Positions 36,658 to 47,349 of a stretch of DNA of 64,000 bases are shown piece after piece. The stretch lies in the IMG/VR virus record IMGVR_UViG_3300031772_000002, positions 64,001 through 128,000 of that record. One strand, given 5' to 3'. Numbering within the stretch: position 1 is the stretch's first letter; every line of letters starts with the position of its first letter. The notes under the pieces are model-generated. The model saw only the letters and a list, made by a program, of their open reading frames with translations. It did not search any database and had not been told where the DNA came from. The DNA is from a virus. The translations under genes were made by a program, and so were the position numbers.

Positions 36658-38490
36658 ATGGCGACAGTATTGCATCGAACTAATAAAGAAGTTTTGTATA
36701 GTGTAAACACTCCTGATTATTCAGACGTTGATTGGATAATTAATCCTGATTTAGTATATGTTTTAGGTGTTCCAAAAAAATATTGGAAAATCACAGGAGA
36801 CGTTGTATCAGAAATGAACCAATCTGAAAAAGATATTGTCGATGCAGCGTTGCTTCCACAAACAAAAATTGACAGGAAAAACTTTTTACGAACTTCAGCT
36901 GATAATTTAATTATTAATCAAGGTTATACAATTGAAAAACAATTAACATTAAATACTCTATATGCAAATAGTACTCAAATTAAAAGTAATAGATATAAGT
37001 ATATTAATGATTGGGCACTCTGGATTGAACTAATTAATCAGGAAGTTAAAACTAAACAGGATCTTGTTGATGCTCAAACAACAATTGATGATGTAAATTC
37101 AATAATACTTGATTCTTCAACATTAATAGCAGCAGATCCAGGGGTTACCTTAAAAGAAACTATTGAAACTACAGATGATATGGATTTAGCTTCATTCTTG
37201 GATTCCAATGCAATAGTTGAAGATACACCAACAGGTATTATTGGGCCTTTTTATTTAATGCAAATTTTAATGAATAGAAGAGAATTATTCAATGATACAG
37301 AAAATCCCTTATATCACTCAAGTGTAACTCCTATACTTGGAGACGATGGTTACTTAGTAGACCATGCCAATAGAATAAATAATGTTGAAATAATACATGG
37401 AAAATTAGGTTGGCATAATCAACAACTGCAACAAGCATTATACAAACAACCTAAAGATTTACTTATTTATTATGGATGGTTGAATTCATTTAATTCAGCC
37501 ACAAATGGTTGGAATAACGAATTAGTTGCTCAGGAAATGGCTAAATATCAAATTATTGTTATGGGTGATGGTATAGAAAATCCTACTCACGGAGATTATG
37601 CAAATTCACAAATAATAATCGCAAGAATAAAAGTCCTAAATCCATCCACGCTAATTTTTGGTTATGTTGCTGCAGCTCAAACATTCGTGAGTTTTGAAGC
37701 AAAGGTAGATCAATGGAACACTCTTGCAGTTCATGGAATTTTTATTGATGAAGCAGGGTATGATTATGGTAAAACAAGAGCAGAATTTAATACAATGGTA
37801 GATTATGTTCATAGTAAAACAAATTCAAAAATATGTTTTGCCAATTCTTGGAATACTGATCACATACTAGGAATAGCTAATGATGTTAGTTTTCCAAACT
37901 CAACATTTAATAATCCTATAGTTGAATCAAAACTTAATAATACCGATTGGATATTATTGGAAAGTTTTCCAATAAATACCACAGCTTATTCAGGAAATAA
38001 TGGATATGAATCTAAAGGTGATTGGATTATTAGAGGAAATAAAGCTGTAGCTTTAAGATATACTTATGGCGTGAACTTCGCAGCCTGTGGAATTATTAAT
38101 GATGGCAATGCCTCTGAAGTTAATCTTTTTAAATTTGGATTTATATCATTGTTAATGTTTTCTTTGGAGTCGTTTGGAACATCAGATGTAGGGTATGGTG
38201 CAGGATCAGCTAAAACTAAATTAATAACCAGACCTGATGTTTCTAATATTGGTATTGTATGGTATATATATCCATCAGTAGTTAATAATACAGCGGATAC
38301 AGATAAATATTATAGGTATCTTGAAAGTGCAAGATTGGAATTGGATTTTTCAACAGGAGCACAAACAAGTTTAATAAGAACAACAAGTAAATTAAGCACT
38401 ATAGTGGATGCAGATGGAACATTGGCAGATGCTACTATTAAAATAAATATTATTATAGATAAATTACAGGAATTAGGATTAATTGAATAA
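36658..38490 (+). CDS. virion protein with TIM-barrel glycoside hydrolase-like domain
   Basis: LLIYYGW, IFGYV, HGIFIDEAGYDYG, LLESF; C-terminal INIIIDKLQELGLI. Confidence 0.6.
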   Translation: MATVLHRTNKEVLYSVNTPDYSDVDWIINPDLVYVLGVPKKYWKITGDVVSEMNQSEKDIVDAALLPQTKIDRKNFLRTSADNLIINQGYTIEKQLTLNTLYANSTQIKSNRYKYINDWALWIELINQEVKTKQDLVDAQTTIDDVNSIILDSSTLIAADPGVTLKETIETTDDMDLASFLDSNAIVEDTPTGIIGPFYLMQILMNRRELFNDTENPLYHSSVTPILGDDGYLVDHANRINNVEIIHGKLGWHNQQLQQALYKQPKDLLIYYGWLNSFNSATNGWNNELVAQEMAKYQIIVMGDGIENPTHGDYANSQIIIARIKVLNPSTLIFGYVAAAQTFVSFEAKVDQWNTLAVHGIFIDEAGYDYGKTRAEFNTMVDYVHSKTNSKICFANSWNTDHILGIANDVSFPNSTFNNPIVESKLNNTDWILLESFPINTTAYSGNNGYESKGDWIIRGNKAVALRYTYGVNFAACGIINDGNASEVNLFKFGFISLLMFSLESFGTSDVGYGAGSAKTKLITRPDVSNIGIVWYIYPSVVNNTADTDKYYRYLESARLELDFSTGAQTSLIRTTSKLSTIVDADGTLADATIKINIIIDKLQELGLIE

Positions 38491-38499
38491 AGAATAATT

Positions 38500-38919
38500 A
38501 TGTCAACATTATATTCAAATTTTGTTTGGGAAGGATTATCAGCTGAAACAAAACCAACCTATGTACAAGGCGCAAGAGATGGTCATTTATTTAAAGAATT
38601 AGATAAAGGATTAACTTATATAAGACGATTGGGTATATGGGAATCAATGGGTGTAGGTTTGTCTTTTATTATGGCTACTAAATCTGGAAAAATAACAACA
38701 AATTCAAGCGGATACTTTGATGTAATATTCAATACTCCATTTTCTGATAATCAATATATAGTTAATCTTACTTGTGAATATTCTACAACTAAAACATCAA
38801 TTACTACATTTGGTAGTATCACTGCAAATGGTTTTAGAATTTGGACTAAAAAAACTAATGGAAGTATAGAATCAGGTGTAGTAGTTTCATGGCTTGTAAC
38901 TAGAAATTATAATCCTTAA
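38500..38919 (+). CDS. fibre tip/H-type-lectin-like small domain protein
   Basis: VIFNTPFS..Y.V.LT...ITANGF...VSWL pattern. Confidence 0.55.
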   Translation: MSTLYSNFVWEGLSAETKPTYVQGARDGHLFKELDKGLTYIRRLGIWESMGVGLSFIMATKSGKITTNSSGYFDVIFNTPFSDNQYIVNLTCEYSTTKTSITTFGSITANGFRIWTKKTNGSIESGVVVSWLVTRNYNP

Positions 38920-38942
38920 TTAATTTACAGAATGGAGTATGA

Positions 38943-39332
38943 ATGGGTTGGATTAAAACTGGATGGATTGATGTAATAGGAACTGAACTTTTAAAAGTTA
39001 TAGTAGGACCATCAAGTTCAGATTCAGAAGATGTATCAACATATAACGAAATTACTATTAGAGCAAGCATTACTTTTGGTGGAAGTTCACCTAAAGGAAA
39101 TGCTATAATTAATGTATACAATATAAATACATCAAGCGGTGGGTCGGATACTCCTGATACAGAGCCAATATTAAGTAGAATTATTAAAAAAGAATTATCA
39201 TCAGAAGTAATAATTACTATTCCAAATATTAAAACAACAACATTAGATAGTTTAAAAATTGAAATTGTTAATGAAGATGTTAATGACAATATATCCGTAT
39301 GGATATCAATTATGCATTCTTATGCTGAATAA
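38943..39332 (+). CDS. stand-alone paralogue of the fibre N-terminal domain
   Basis: W.K..W.DVIGTE...FGG.P.GNA...DSL.IE..N.D..D.I.VW.S.M shared with 28967 protein. Confidence 0.75.
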   Translation: MGWIKTGWIDVIGTELLKVIVGPSSSDSEDVSTYNEITIRASITFGGSSPKGNAIINVYNINTSSGGSDTPDTEPILSRIIKKELSSEVIITIPNIKTTTLDSLKIEIVNEDVNDNISVWISIMHSYAE

Positions 39333-39334
39333 TT

Positions 39335-40129
39335 ATGAAAATTAATAGATCAAATGAAATTAATTTTGCTAAGTCAATTACACAATTTATAATTGGCGCC
39401 TGGGTATGTATTGAAAACTCTGGTAAAATTTTATTTGATTATTCTAAAAATTCAGTTGATGGAATTCTTGATGGAAATACATTATTTGATTCAGATATAT
39501 TCGGTTCTGTTTTAAAATTTTCGGGAAACTCAAGTGTTATTATTGATAGTTCTAAATTTGTATTTCCTCAAGAAGTTTTTTCATTATTAACAAGAGTTAA
39601 ATTTAATAATATTGGAAATATAGAAACAATTTGGTCTGCTTATGATGGCGCCGCTGATATTCATAGCCATTTATATAAAGACGATTTTGAAATTATTCAC
39701 ATATCTTTAGGAGACGGCGCATCGGTTGTTGATAAAACATTTTCTACAATTGTTAATGCAAATGAATGGATTGATATAGGAATTGCATGGAATTCTGAAT
39801 CTAATATAATTAAAGGTTATATTAATGGTATTGAAGATTTTTCAGATACTATAAATTTAACATTAAAAAGTTCATTAATAGAAAATATATTAATTGGAAA
39901 AAAACCTGGATTAGTAGATAATCAATTTGATGGAAATATTACTTTTTTTTATGTATGGAATAGATGTGTTAATAATACTGAATTTAAAATATTAAATATT
40001 GATCCGTATTTTATATTTAAAAATGATCAATTAATTAATATTTTACTTTCAGATTTAAAAGAAGAAATATTATTATCTCGTGCTATTTGTAGAGGCGTTG
40101 GAGAAGGTGTTATGGTTGGAATCGGATAA
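39335..40129 (+). CDS. LamG/concanavalin-like domain protein
   Basis: SGKILFDYS, NEWIDIGIAW, YING, FDGNI...VWNR. Confidence 0.75.
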   Translation: MKINRSNEINFAKSITQFIIGAWVCIENSGKILFDYSKNSVDGILDGNTLFDSDIFGSVLKFSGNSSVIIDSSKFVFPQEVFSLLTRVKFNNIGNIETIWSAYDGAADIHSHLYKDDFEIIHISLGDGASVVDKTFSTIVNANEWIDIGIAWNSESNIIKGYINGIEDFSDTINLTLKSSLIENILIGKKPGLVDNQFDGNITFFYVWNRCVNNTEFKILNIDPYFIFKNDQLINILLSDLKEEILLSRAICRGVGEGVMVGIG

Positions 40130-40143
40130 TTTAAGGAGAAAAT

Positions 40144-41976
40144 ATGGAAATTTTTAGAGAATCTGAAGTTGCATCAATATTTACTGTTCCATTAATTGAT
40201 GCATCAAAAAGACCTAGTTATAAAGCAAATCCAACTCTTGAAGCTGGTGATGTAAAAGTAATAAGACATACCGGTGGGGCATGGGATGTTTCAAATATTG
40301 CATCATTGCCATCAGCAATTGTTGGCGCGACATCAAATGTTTTAGTGTCTTTAACTGATACTGAATTAACATCTGATGATTTAAAATATCCAATTATTGT
40401 ACAGTTTATAGATCAAACCGCCATAAACGAATGGGACAATCAAACTGTTATAATATGGACTCAAGTTTTAAATGTTGATCTTCTTAAAATTAATCATGAA
40501 TCTATTAGTGGAAATGATGCAATATTAAATTTAAAACAATTAAATATTGTATGCGATTCAGGAAAAGCGGTTAATATTGAATCTTTAGATAATATAGGAA
40601 TTGATATTAAGGGCGGAGAAACGTATGAAGGAGTAAAAATAGAAGGTGGCGATGATGGGAATGGTTTAACAATATCAGCAGGTGAATCAGCTCATGGTAT
40701 AGAAATAAATGCAGGTACTAACGGGGGCTATGCAGTTAAAATTCGTAATGATTATAGTGGGCCTGCTGTTTCAATACAAGCTATTGATGGGGCAGGGTTA
40801 GATTGTTCTGGTAAAACTGCTGGAATAAAAACAATAGCAACTGAAGGGGCTGGAATATTAATAGAAGGTGGTGGCGGACCTGGTATTGAAGTTATTGGTG
40901 ATGATGGATTTTCTGGAATCTTAGCAAAAACTGTTGATAATGGATGCGGGATTGAAGTTATAGGCTCTTCTGACCAGCCAGGAATTAAAGTAACTGGTGG
41001 TCTTACTGGAGATGGTATGCGCATAGAAGCTGGTCCTAATGGCAATGGAAACGGTTTAGCCGTACAAGGACAATCTGATGGAATATATGCGTATAGTCAG
41101 GACGGAGCTAATGGCATGTATTTACAAGGTGACGGGGAAGGGTCAGGTTTGTATATAGCAGGAGGAATTGAAGGAAATGGTATAGATGTTGATTCCGGTC
41201 CTACTACAGGAAATGGTATAAATATTTTAAGCGATGTTGGAATTGGAATAAATGTACAAGGTGGATTGGATAAGCCTGGAATTAAAGTGTCAGGAGGAAT
41301 TACAGGAAATGCCATAGAAATTGTTGGTGGGGCTACATCTGGAAATGGAATTGATATATCTACCATTGAAGGTTTAGGGATTAAAATTATTGCTGGTGGT
41401 ACTGAAAAAGATGGAATATCAATTCAAGGATCTCCTGATGGCAATGGTATTAAAATTGATGGATTCGGAATAGGGCATGGTATTAAAATTGCTGCAGGAA
41501 TTGAAGGGAGTGGTATTGTAGTGTATGGAGGATCTGATCTTGAACTTGGAGGACCTGCTATAGATTTAATTGGATCAAATACAAATACATATGCTGTTCA
41601 AATTCATGGAGGCATGTCAATGGTATCAAATACTGCTCTTCCTGGATTGTTAATTACAGGAGATAGTGAATCTCCTGGAGTGTCTATTGCGGGTGGTTCA
41701 TCTGGAAATGGCATTGATATTGTTGGGGCAGTTGGGCCTTCATTCTATGATATTAACGCTAAAGAAGTAATAGGGCTTACACATTTAGATAGTGAAATTG
41801 ATACTGTTCCTATATCTGAAGTTCTTGAACTTGTTATGGCTATGGTGAATGGTCGATTTGTAAAAGACGATCCTGAACCTGGACAAATTACATTTTATAA
41901 ACGCGACGATGTGACTCCATTATTTACTGTAGCAGTAACTGAAACAGAACGTGAGCGTACTGATATTCCTGAGTAA
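40144..41976 (+). CDS. Gly-rich beta-solenoid virion (spike/fibre) protein
   Basis: Many G.GI.I.GG short repeats. Confidence 0.7.
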   Translation: MEIFRESEVASIFTVPLIDASKRPSYKANPTLEAGDVKVIRHTGGAWDVSNIASLPSAIVGATSNVLVSLTDTELTSDDLKYPIIVQFIDQTAINEWDNQTVIIWTQVLNVDLLKINHESISGNDAILNLKQLNIVCDSGKAVNIESLDNIGIDIKGGETYEGVKIEGGDDGNGLTISAGESAHGIEINAGTNGGYAVKIRNDYSGPAVSIQAIDGAGLDCSGKTAGIKTIATEGAGILIEGGGGPGIEVIGDDGFSGILAKTVDNGCGIEVIGSSDQPGIKVTGGLTGDGMRIEAGPNGNGNGLAVQGQSDGIYAYSQDGANGMYLQGDGEGSGLYIAGGIEGNGIDVDSGPTTGNGINILSDVGIGINVQGGLDKPGIKVSGGITGNAIEIVGGATSGNGIDISTIEGLGIKIIAGGTEKDGISIQGSPDGNGIKIDGFGIGHGIKIAAGIEGSGIVVYGGSDLELGGPAIDLIGSNTNTYAVQIHGGMSMVSNTALPGLLITGDSESPGVSIAGGSSGNGIDIVGAVGPSFYDINAKEVIGLTHLDSEIDTVPISEVLELVMAMVNGRFVKDDPEPGQITFYKRDDVTPLFTVAVTETERERTDIPE

Positions 41977-41990
41977 TACGAAAGATTGAA

Positions 41991-44042
41991 ATGGAAACAA
42001 TTTTAACAACTGTAGATAATATATCCGTATATGGATTCAAATATCAAGGATCTAATATATTATTAGCAACATATGGATATCTTGATATTGATGATGCAAG
42101 ACCTATTCCAAGTTTACCAGCAAGAATTGATGAATCTCCTTCTGAATATGTTAATATTGAAGAAATGACAGGTCTTGTTTTTTGGAATTATATTTCTACT
42201 TTTTGGAATTATTTAACAGAAAAAGATCGTGATATTTTTGAAAATTTTTGGGATGGATTAACAAAAGCTAGTTATAGTTTATATGATAAATCTAAACGTT
42301 TTTTTAATTTAACAAATCCTGAAAATACAAATATTAACATTAGTGAATATTATTATGATGTTTTAATCGGACCACTTAATTCTATACCTACTAATCTCGA
42401 TCCAACTTCAAAAAATCCTAATTATATAATTCGTCCTATTAATAAAATACTTATTGAACCTGAATATGATTCAAATGAAAATCCAATATATAATGATTTA
42501 ATAGAAATAGAACGTAACGATTATTATAAAATAAGAGATATTGGAATAGGGCAATATATTATTATTAAATTAAATGATGAAAATATTAATAATAAATATT
42601 TTAAAATTATAGACTTACTTTCATCAGAAGAAATTGACAATCGTTACTATCCAGCATCAAGTAAAATTATAGTTAATGATGAATTGGTTGATGCCAAACC
42701 ATCATTTAAATATATAATTAAAATAGATGGAGATTTATCATATATTAAAGACAACACATTTACTATATATTTAACTACTGGATTGTCTTATCAAATTGAC
42801 AATTATATAACAGATCTTCCTGTATTGAAAAGTTTTATAAGTCAACAATATGGAACTTCATTTTATGAAAATGTAGATTATTTATTTTATAATCATACTG
42901 TTGAATTTATTAATAATATTTTTAGTAATGGAAATCTTGAATTCGATACTTATTTATATTGTCCTAATTCAAAATCAATTGAATACATGTTATATGAAAC
43001 ATATGGAACTCTTGTTGATTTGAGTGATTGGGAGTCTTATGGACATGATGTTATTTCCGGCAAGGCGTCAATAAATTCACTATTATTATCTATCCAAAAT
43101 TCTAACACTCTTTCATATTATAATAGGGCTTTAAATATCTATTATGGAATGCCTGTTGCTCCTGAAGATGCTACAGTAATAGGATTGTATGAATCGTATG
43201 CGTATGAAGTTTTATCAAAATCAGAATCTTATATTACTATTAAACTTAAATCAGGATCTTCAATGCATCCATTTATCCAGAATGGAACAGTTTTACTTGT
43301 TGAAGGAAAATCTGAAATAATGGTATATTCTGTTATTAACAGATTAACTGGAGAATTAAGATTGTACGAAAGTAATAATGTAGCTGTTGGGGATTTTGTA
43401 TATGTAAAACTTAATAATAAATATGGTATTAATGGTTTTAGAAAAGAAGTTGGTGAATTGCCAGGATCAATAGATATTCAAACTGAGTATGATGCAGATA
43501 AAATACAACATATTATTGATATTATTCAATATTTAACAGATAATAAACAATATCCTGAAATTTTAGTATATGGAACAGAATTATTAGAGTATAATTATAA
43601 TGGTATCTACCATATAACTAAATCTGAAAAAGTATTTTATGATACTAGATTAAAAATTTATCTTAAATCAAATAATGATAGTACTATATATAATGATTTT
43701 ATTGTAAAAGGAGACTCTCGATTACATGGAGGATTTGTTCATATTCCATGGCCAACTCATAAATTTTTATATTTATATCTTAAATCAAAAAGATACTATA
43801 AGGTGTATATAGATACATCCCTTGATACTATATATGATACCGGAGATGAAGTTAAAAAATATGACGTTATCACTCGAAACGTTTCTGCTGTTGATAATGA
43901 AATGTTTAAAGGTTGGGTTGAATTTGATCAATTTAGAAGATATAATGGATTAAATATAGAATCTAATCATATTGAGTTAACAAGTACAATGCCAATGGCA
44001 AAATTTGGAGAATATTTTCCTGGAAGCGTTTTGTTAAAATAA
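41991..44042 (+). CDS. putative baseplate wedge protein
   Basis: FWNYISTFW...FENFWDG and ALNIYYGMPVA motifs; structural cluster. Confidence 0.45.
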   Translation: METILTTVDNISVYGFKYQGSNILLATYGYLDIDDARPIPSLPARIDESPSEYVNIEEMTGLVFWNYISTFWNYLTEKDRDIFENFWDGLTKASYSLYDKSKRFFNLTNPENTNINISEYYYDVLIGPLNSIPTNLDPTSKNPNYIIRPINKILIEPEYDSNENPIYNDLIEIERNDYYKIRDIGIGQYIIIKLNDENINNKYFKIIDLLSSEEIDNRYYPASSKIIVNDELVDAKPSFKYIIKIDGDLSYIKDNTFTIYLTTGLSYQIDNYITDLPVLKSFISQQYGTSFYENVDYLFYNHTVEFINNIFSNGNLEFDTYLYCPNSKSIEYMLYETYGTLVDLSDWESYGHDVISGKASINSLLLSIQNSNTLSYYNRALNIYYGMPVAPEDATVIGLYESYAYEVLSKSESYITIKLKSGSSMHPFIQNGTVLLVEGKSEIMVYSVINRLTGELRLYESNNVAVGDFVYVKLNNKYGINGFRKEVGELPGSIDIQTEYDADKIQHIIDIIQYLTDNKQYPEILVYGTELLEYNYNGIYHITKSEKVFYDTRLKIYLKSNNDSTIYNDFIVKGDSRLHGGFVHIPWPTHKFLYLYLKSKRYYKVYIDTSLDTIYDTGDEVKKYDVITRNVSAVDNEMFKGWVEFDQFRRYNGLNIESNHIELTSTMPMAKFGEYFPGSVLLK

Positions 44043-44058
44043 TTTAAAAGGATTTTCA

Positions 44059-44463
44059 ATGAATATTATTCCATTAGTTAGAAATAAAATGCTTACTATT
44101 GCTAAAGATGCAATTCTTCATGAAGATATAATAATTAAACAAATTACATTTTTAGATAATTCATCGCTTGTTTTAGCTAATATGCCATTTTATGATTTAG
44201 TATATCTTGGAAGTCAAACTCAATTAAAATTTTATTCTATAGGAGGAGGAACTGTACTGCGAACATCAATTATATTATCAGGAACTCCTGTAAGATTTGA
44301 AATTTTAGGAAAACCGGAAGGTGAAGACGATCCATTAATAGTATTATCAGGAACTGTTGGATCTATTAATACTAAATCAGATATAAAGTTTAATAGAATA
44401 AATTGGATTAGTGGAGGAATATTAACTTTAAATAATCTTGTATTGATTTTACCTAATTCTTAA
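44059..44463 (+). CDS. putative virion structural protein
   Basis: GTVG...SDIKFN...ISGG.LTL pattern; AAGGA RBS. Confidence 0.55.
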   Translation: MNIIPLVRNKMLTIAKDAILHEDIIIKQITFLDNSSLVLANMPFYDLVYLGSQTQLKFYSIGGGTVLRTSIILSGTPVRFEILGKPEGEDDPLIVLSGTVGSINTKSDIKFNRINWISGGILTLNNLVLILPNS

Positions 44464-44482
44464 TTTACAAAAGGTAATATTT

Positions 44483-45811
44483 ATGAATACGTATGTATAT
44501 CGTGAAATTTTAGATAAGTCAATTGTCGGTGAAAAAATTTATCTTGGAACAATAGATTATATTTTAGGTTTATATACCGATAAATTAATTGTTCCTCACA
44601 ATCCATTTGGTGACGATCCTCATGGGACAGGATCAATTGATGGATCAACATTTAAAATTGGACAAGTTGAAGCTATAGAATTAGTTAAATCTGAAGAAAT
44701 TATTGCTAAAAAGAAATTCAGATTATTAGGAGATTCATTAAGTGAAACAGTAATATTAACAGGAACTTCAACATTAAATGATGCTGGACAATTGGAATTA
44801 TATAATAAAGTTAATTTAGAAAATAAATTAGTTATAAAATTAACTGCTCATGATAATGTTGCTCAATATAGTTATATTAATAAAAAACTAGTTATTGGTA
44901 GTGGTTATGAAAAAGCATCTAAATACATTTTTGAAATAGACTCTCCAAATTTATCGTATATTGATAACTGTTCAGGAGATAGTTTAAATTATGTTGATGC
45001 ATTTATACAAAATATTTCTTTTTTAGATGGTTTAGGAGATACAAGAAGATTAATAGATATAACAGATACCGTTGATAATTTAACAGATTTATTTTTTGAC
45101 CATCCAATAATGACTAAACATATGGCTGCTGAATTAATGAATATTGGAAGTTCTCATGTATCATCTTCAGCGTGGGGTTATCTTAATTCAATAAATCAAT
45201 CTCTTGGAAAAACAAGTAATGTTGAATTTAATAATGTTACAATAGTAAATGATTTAATTGTTAATGGAAGTTTATCATTAGATAGTATATCAATAGCTAA
45301 TGAATGTTTATCTGGATATTATAAAGAAAATCAATATAGTGTTTACATGGGATATCCAGAAGATGTTAAATTAAAATTTACAATTAAATTATGGAAAAGT
45401 TTAATATCTTCCAGAACATTGGTATACACCACAGATTATTCATTATATTGTAGAGCTGAATATAGTGGTATTAGAACAACTTTATTTGGACATTTAGATA
45501 TAATACTTAAAGCTGGAGATACTCCTACTTTAAAAGTAACAATGGAAGTTACAGATCCTGGAAATGATAAAAGATTATGTCCTGATGGAAACGTTGCTGG
45601 AGAAATTGGATGTGGAACTGTATTTTTTGAAGGTTCAGGAAATAAATATACAGGAATAGCATTATTAGCTTATAATACTGAAACTATTGAGTTTTATGCA
45701 AATGGTATAAATTCTCTTCCAGCATGGCCAAATACAAATATAAAATTATATTTTAATGTAAGTTATTTTAATAATATTGAATTTTCAGCTCCGGCCCCAG
45801 GAGAGTCTTAA
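44483..45811 (+). CDS. putative fibre/structural protein
   Basis: WGYLNSINQSLGKTSNVEFNNV fibre-like segment. Confidence 0.55.
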   Translation: MNTYVYREILDKSIVGEKIYLGTIDYILGLYTDKLIVPHNPFGDDPHGTGSIDGSTFKIGQVEAIELVKSEEIIAKKKFRLLGDSLSETVILTGTSTLNDAGQLELYNKVNLENKLVIKLTAHDNVAQYSYINKKLVIGSGYEKASKYIFEIDSPNLSYIDNCSGDSLNYVDAFIQNISFLDGLGDTRRLIDITDTVDNLTDLFFDHPIMTKHMAAELMNIGSSHVSSSAWGYLNSINQSLGKTSNVEFNNVTIVNDLIVNGSLSLDSISIANECLSGYYKENQYSVYMGYPEDVKLKFTIKLWKSLISSRTLVYTTDYSLYCRAEYSGIRTTLFGHLDIILKAGDTPTLKVTMEVTDPGNDKRLCPDGNVAGEIGCGTVFFEGSGNKYTGIALLAYNTETIEFYANGINSLPAWPNTNIKLYFNVSYFNNIEFSAPAPGES

Positions 45812-45837
45812 TTAAAAATTTAACCTAAAGGTGTTTT

Positions 45838-46386
45838 ATGATTAGTCCTCAAGTAATAAATATGAATAGAGATAGCGTTATGGCTTTCATTGGATATGAT
45901 GTTATTAATAATACTACACAAATTCCTATTAGTGAAGAGTCTGTAATATCTTTATTTGTTGATATAAGATTGTATAACTTAATAACTGGTTCAAATGATG
46001 TTATAGAAAAAATTACTATGTCGTTTCAAGATGTGGGCTTTTGGACTATTAATATTAACGATATTATTAGCATATTAAGTGATCGTAATAAATATGTTGG
46101 AAAAATTTCTAAAAATTCTGATGAAACCGTAGATCTAAGAACATTTTATATTCCAGAATTTGCCGTTGATAATGATTCGTTTGAAAATGTCCTTATGAGA
46201 ATGCCTTATGAAATAATTATTGCAGAAGGAAGTGCATATTTTTATTGGTATGATATTGGACATCAAGGGGAGCCATCATATATAAGATATGTAGCTTCTG
46301 CATATGAAGGAGGATCAGGAACTAATTATGCTACGGATCCAAGTAGAGTAACTCACCGTGGTGAAATAACTGAATACTTAGTTTAA
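45838..46386 (+). CDS. hypothetical structural protein
   Basis: 182-aa ORF, AAGGTG RBS. Confidence 0.6.
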   Translation: MISPQVINMNRDSVMAFIGYDVINNTTQIPISEESVISLFVDIRLYNLITGSNDVIEKITMSFQDVGFWTININDIISILSDRNKYVGKISKNSDETVDLRTFYIPEFAVDNDSFENVLMRMPYEIIIAEGSAYFYWYDIGHQGEPSYIRYVASAYEGGSGTNYATDPSRVTHRGEITEYLV

Positions 46387-46407
46387 CTATAAGGATTGTG
46401 TTAAGCA

Positions 46408-47343
46408 ATGCATCCATTTACTTCAAGTCTTTTTGCGAATCCTAATCTTAATTCTGCATTTTCAAGTTATGGATCCAAACCATATATTTCAAAAATTGTA
46501 TTTTCTGTAGGAACTAAAGCTTTATCAGACGATCAATATGTTATTAAAAATAAAGATGGATCAATGCCATCCGCTTCAATTAATAATGGATTATTAACAT
46601 TTTCTACACAACAATATCATCCTTATGTTGGAATTGGAGATGAGGTGTCTTTAAGTAATGACATAACAGTATATTTAAATGAAAAAATATCTTTATATCA
46701 ATGGAGAGTACTTGATGCGTATGGAAATCTTCCTCTTAGTTTTACAAATGCTACTGTTGTAAAAATAGATAAAACATTTAATAGTTTATATGATGCAATA
46801 TCAGGAAATACTCCTGAAATATATTCAAAACTTGGAAACAATTTCGATCTTATATCAAAAAGAGCTCAGTTATGTATAGCATGTTATAAAATGACTGAGG
46901 ATATGGCGGGAAATAGCATTACATTTAGTGAAAGTTGGATTCTTGATGAAGAATGTAATATTAAAATATTTTCTCCTATAGATATAAGTCATGAATGCAA
47001 TTCAATACAAAGAAGTAAAATAAGAGGATCATCAACAGATGGATTTGTATTATATTCATCAGATGGATCAGGCTCTGTTCCTACAATACATATGTCCCCT
47101 TATATTTCAGTAAGCGGATTAATAATAGGAGATGACGATGGTATTGTTGGAAATATGGCTAGATATGGCTTTTTATATGATTCAATTTATACAGAGGCAG
47201 AACTTACTATGGAAATATTTGATAATGTTATAGTAAACGTATACAATGCAATAGATTTAAGAACACAACCTATAAATAGCAATATCTATAATAATATTAT
47301 AAAAAGATGCGTTTTTGGAATAGTTGTTGAAAACCTTACTTAA
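46408..47343 (+). CDS. adhesin fragment: repeat module 1 plus start of beta-helix
   Basis: IVFSVG..NG.LTFS..GIGD..EKIS..W module shared with next gene; ends in mid beta-helix. Confidence 0.7.
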   Translation: MHPFTSSLFANPNLNSAFSSYGSKPYISKIVFSVGTKALSDDQYVIKNKDGSMPSASINNGLLTFSTQQYHPYVGIGDEVSLSNDITVYLNEKISLYQWRVLDAYGNLPLSFTNATVVKIDKTFNSLYDAISGNTPEIYSKLGNNFDLISKRAQLCIACYKMTEDMAGNSITFSESWILDEECNIKIFSPIDISHECNSIQRSKIRGSSTDGFVLYSSDGSGSVPTIHMSPYISVSGLIIGDDDGIVGNMARYGFLYDSIYTEAELTMEIFDNVIVNVYNAIDLRTQPINSNIYNNIIKRCVFGIVVENLT

Positions 47344-47349
47344 AAAATT

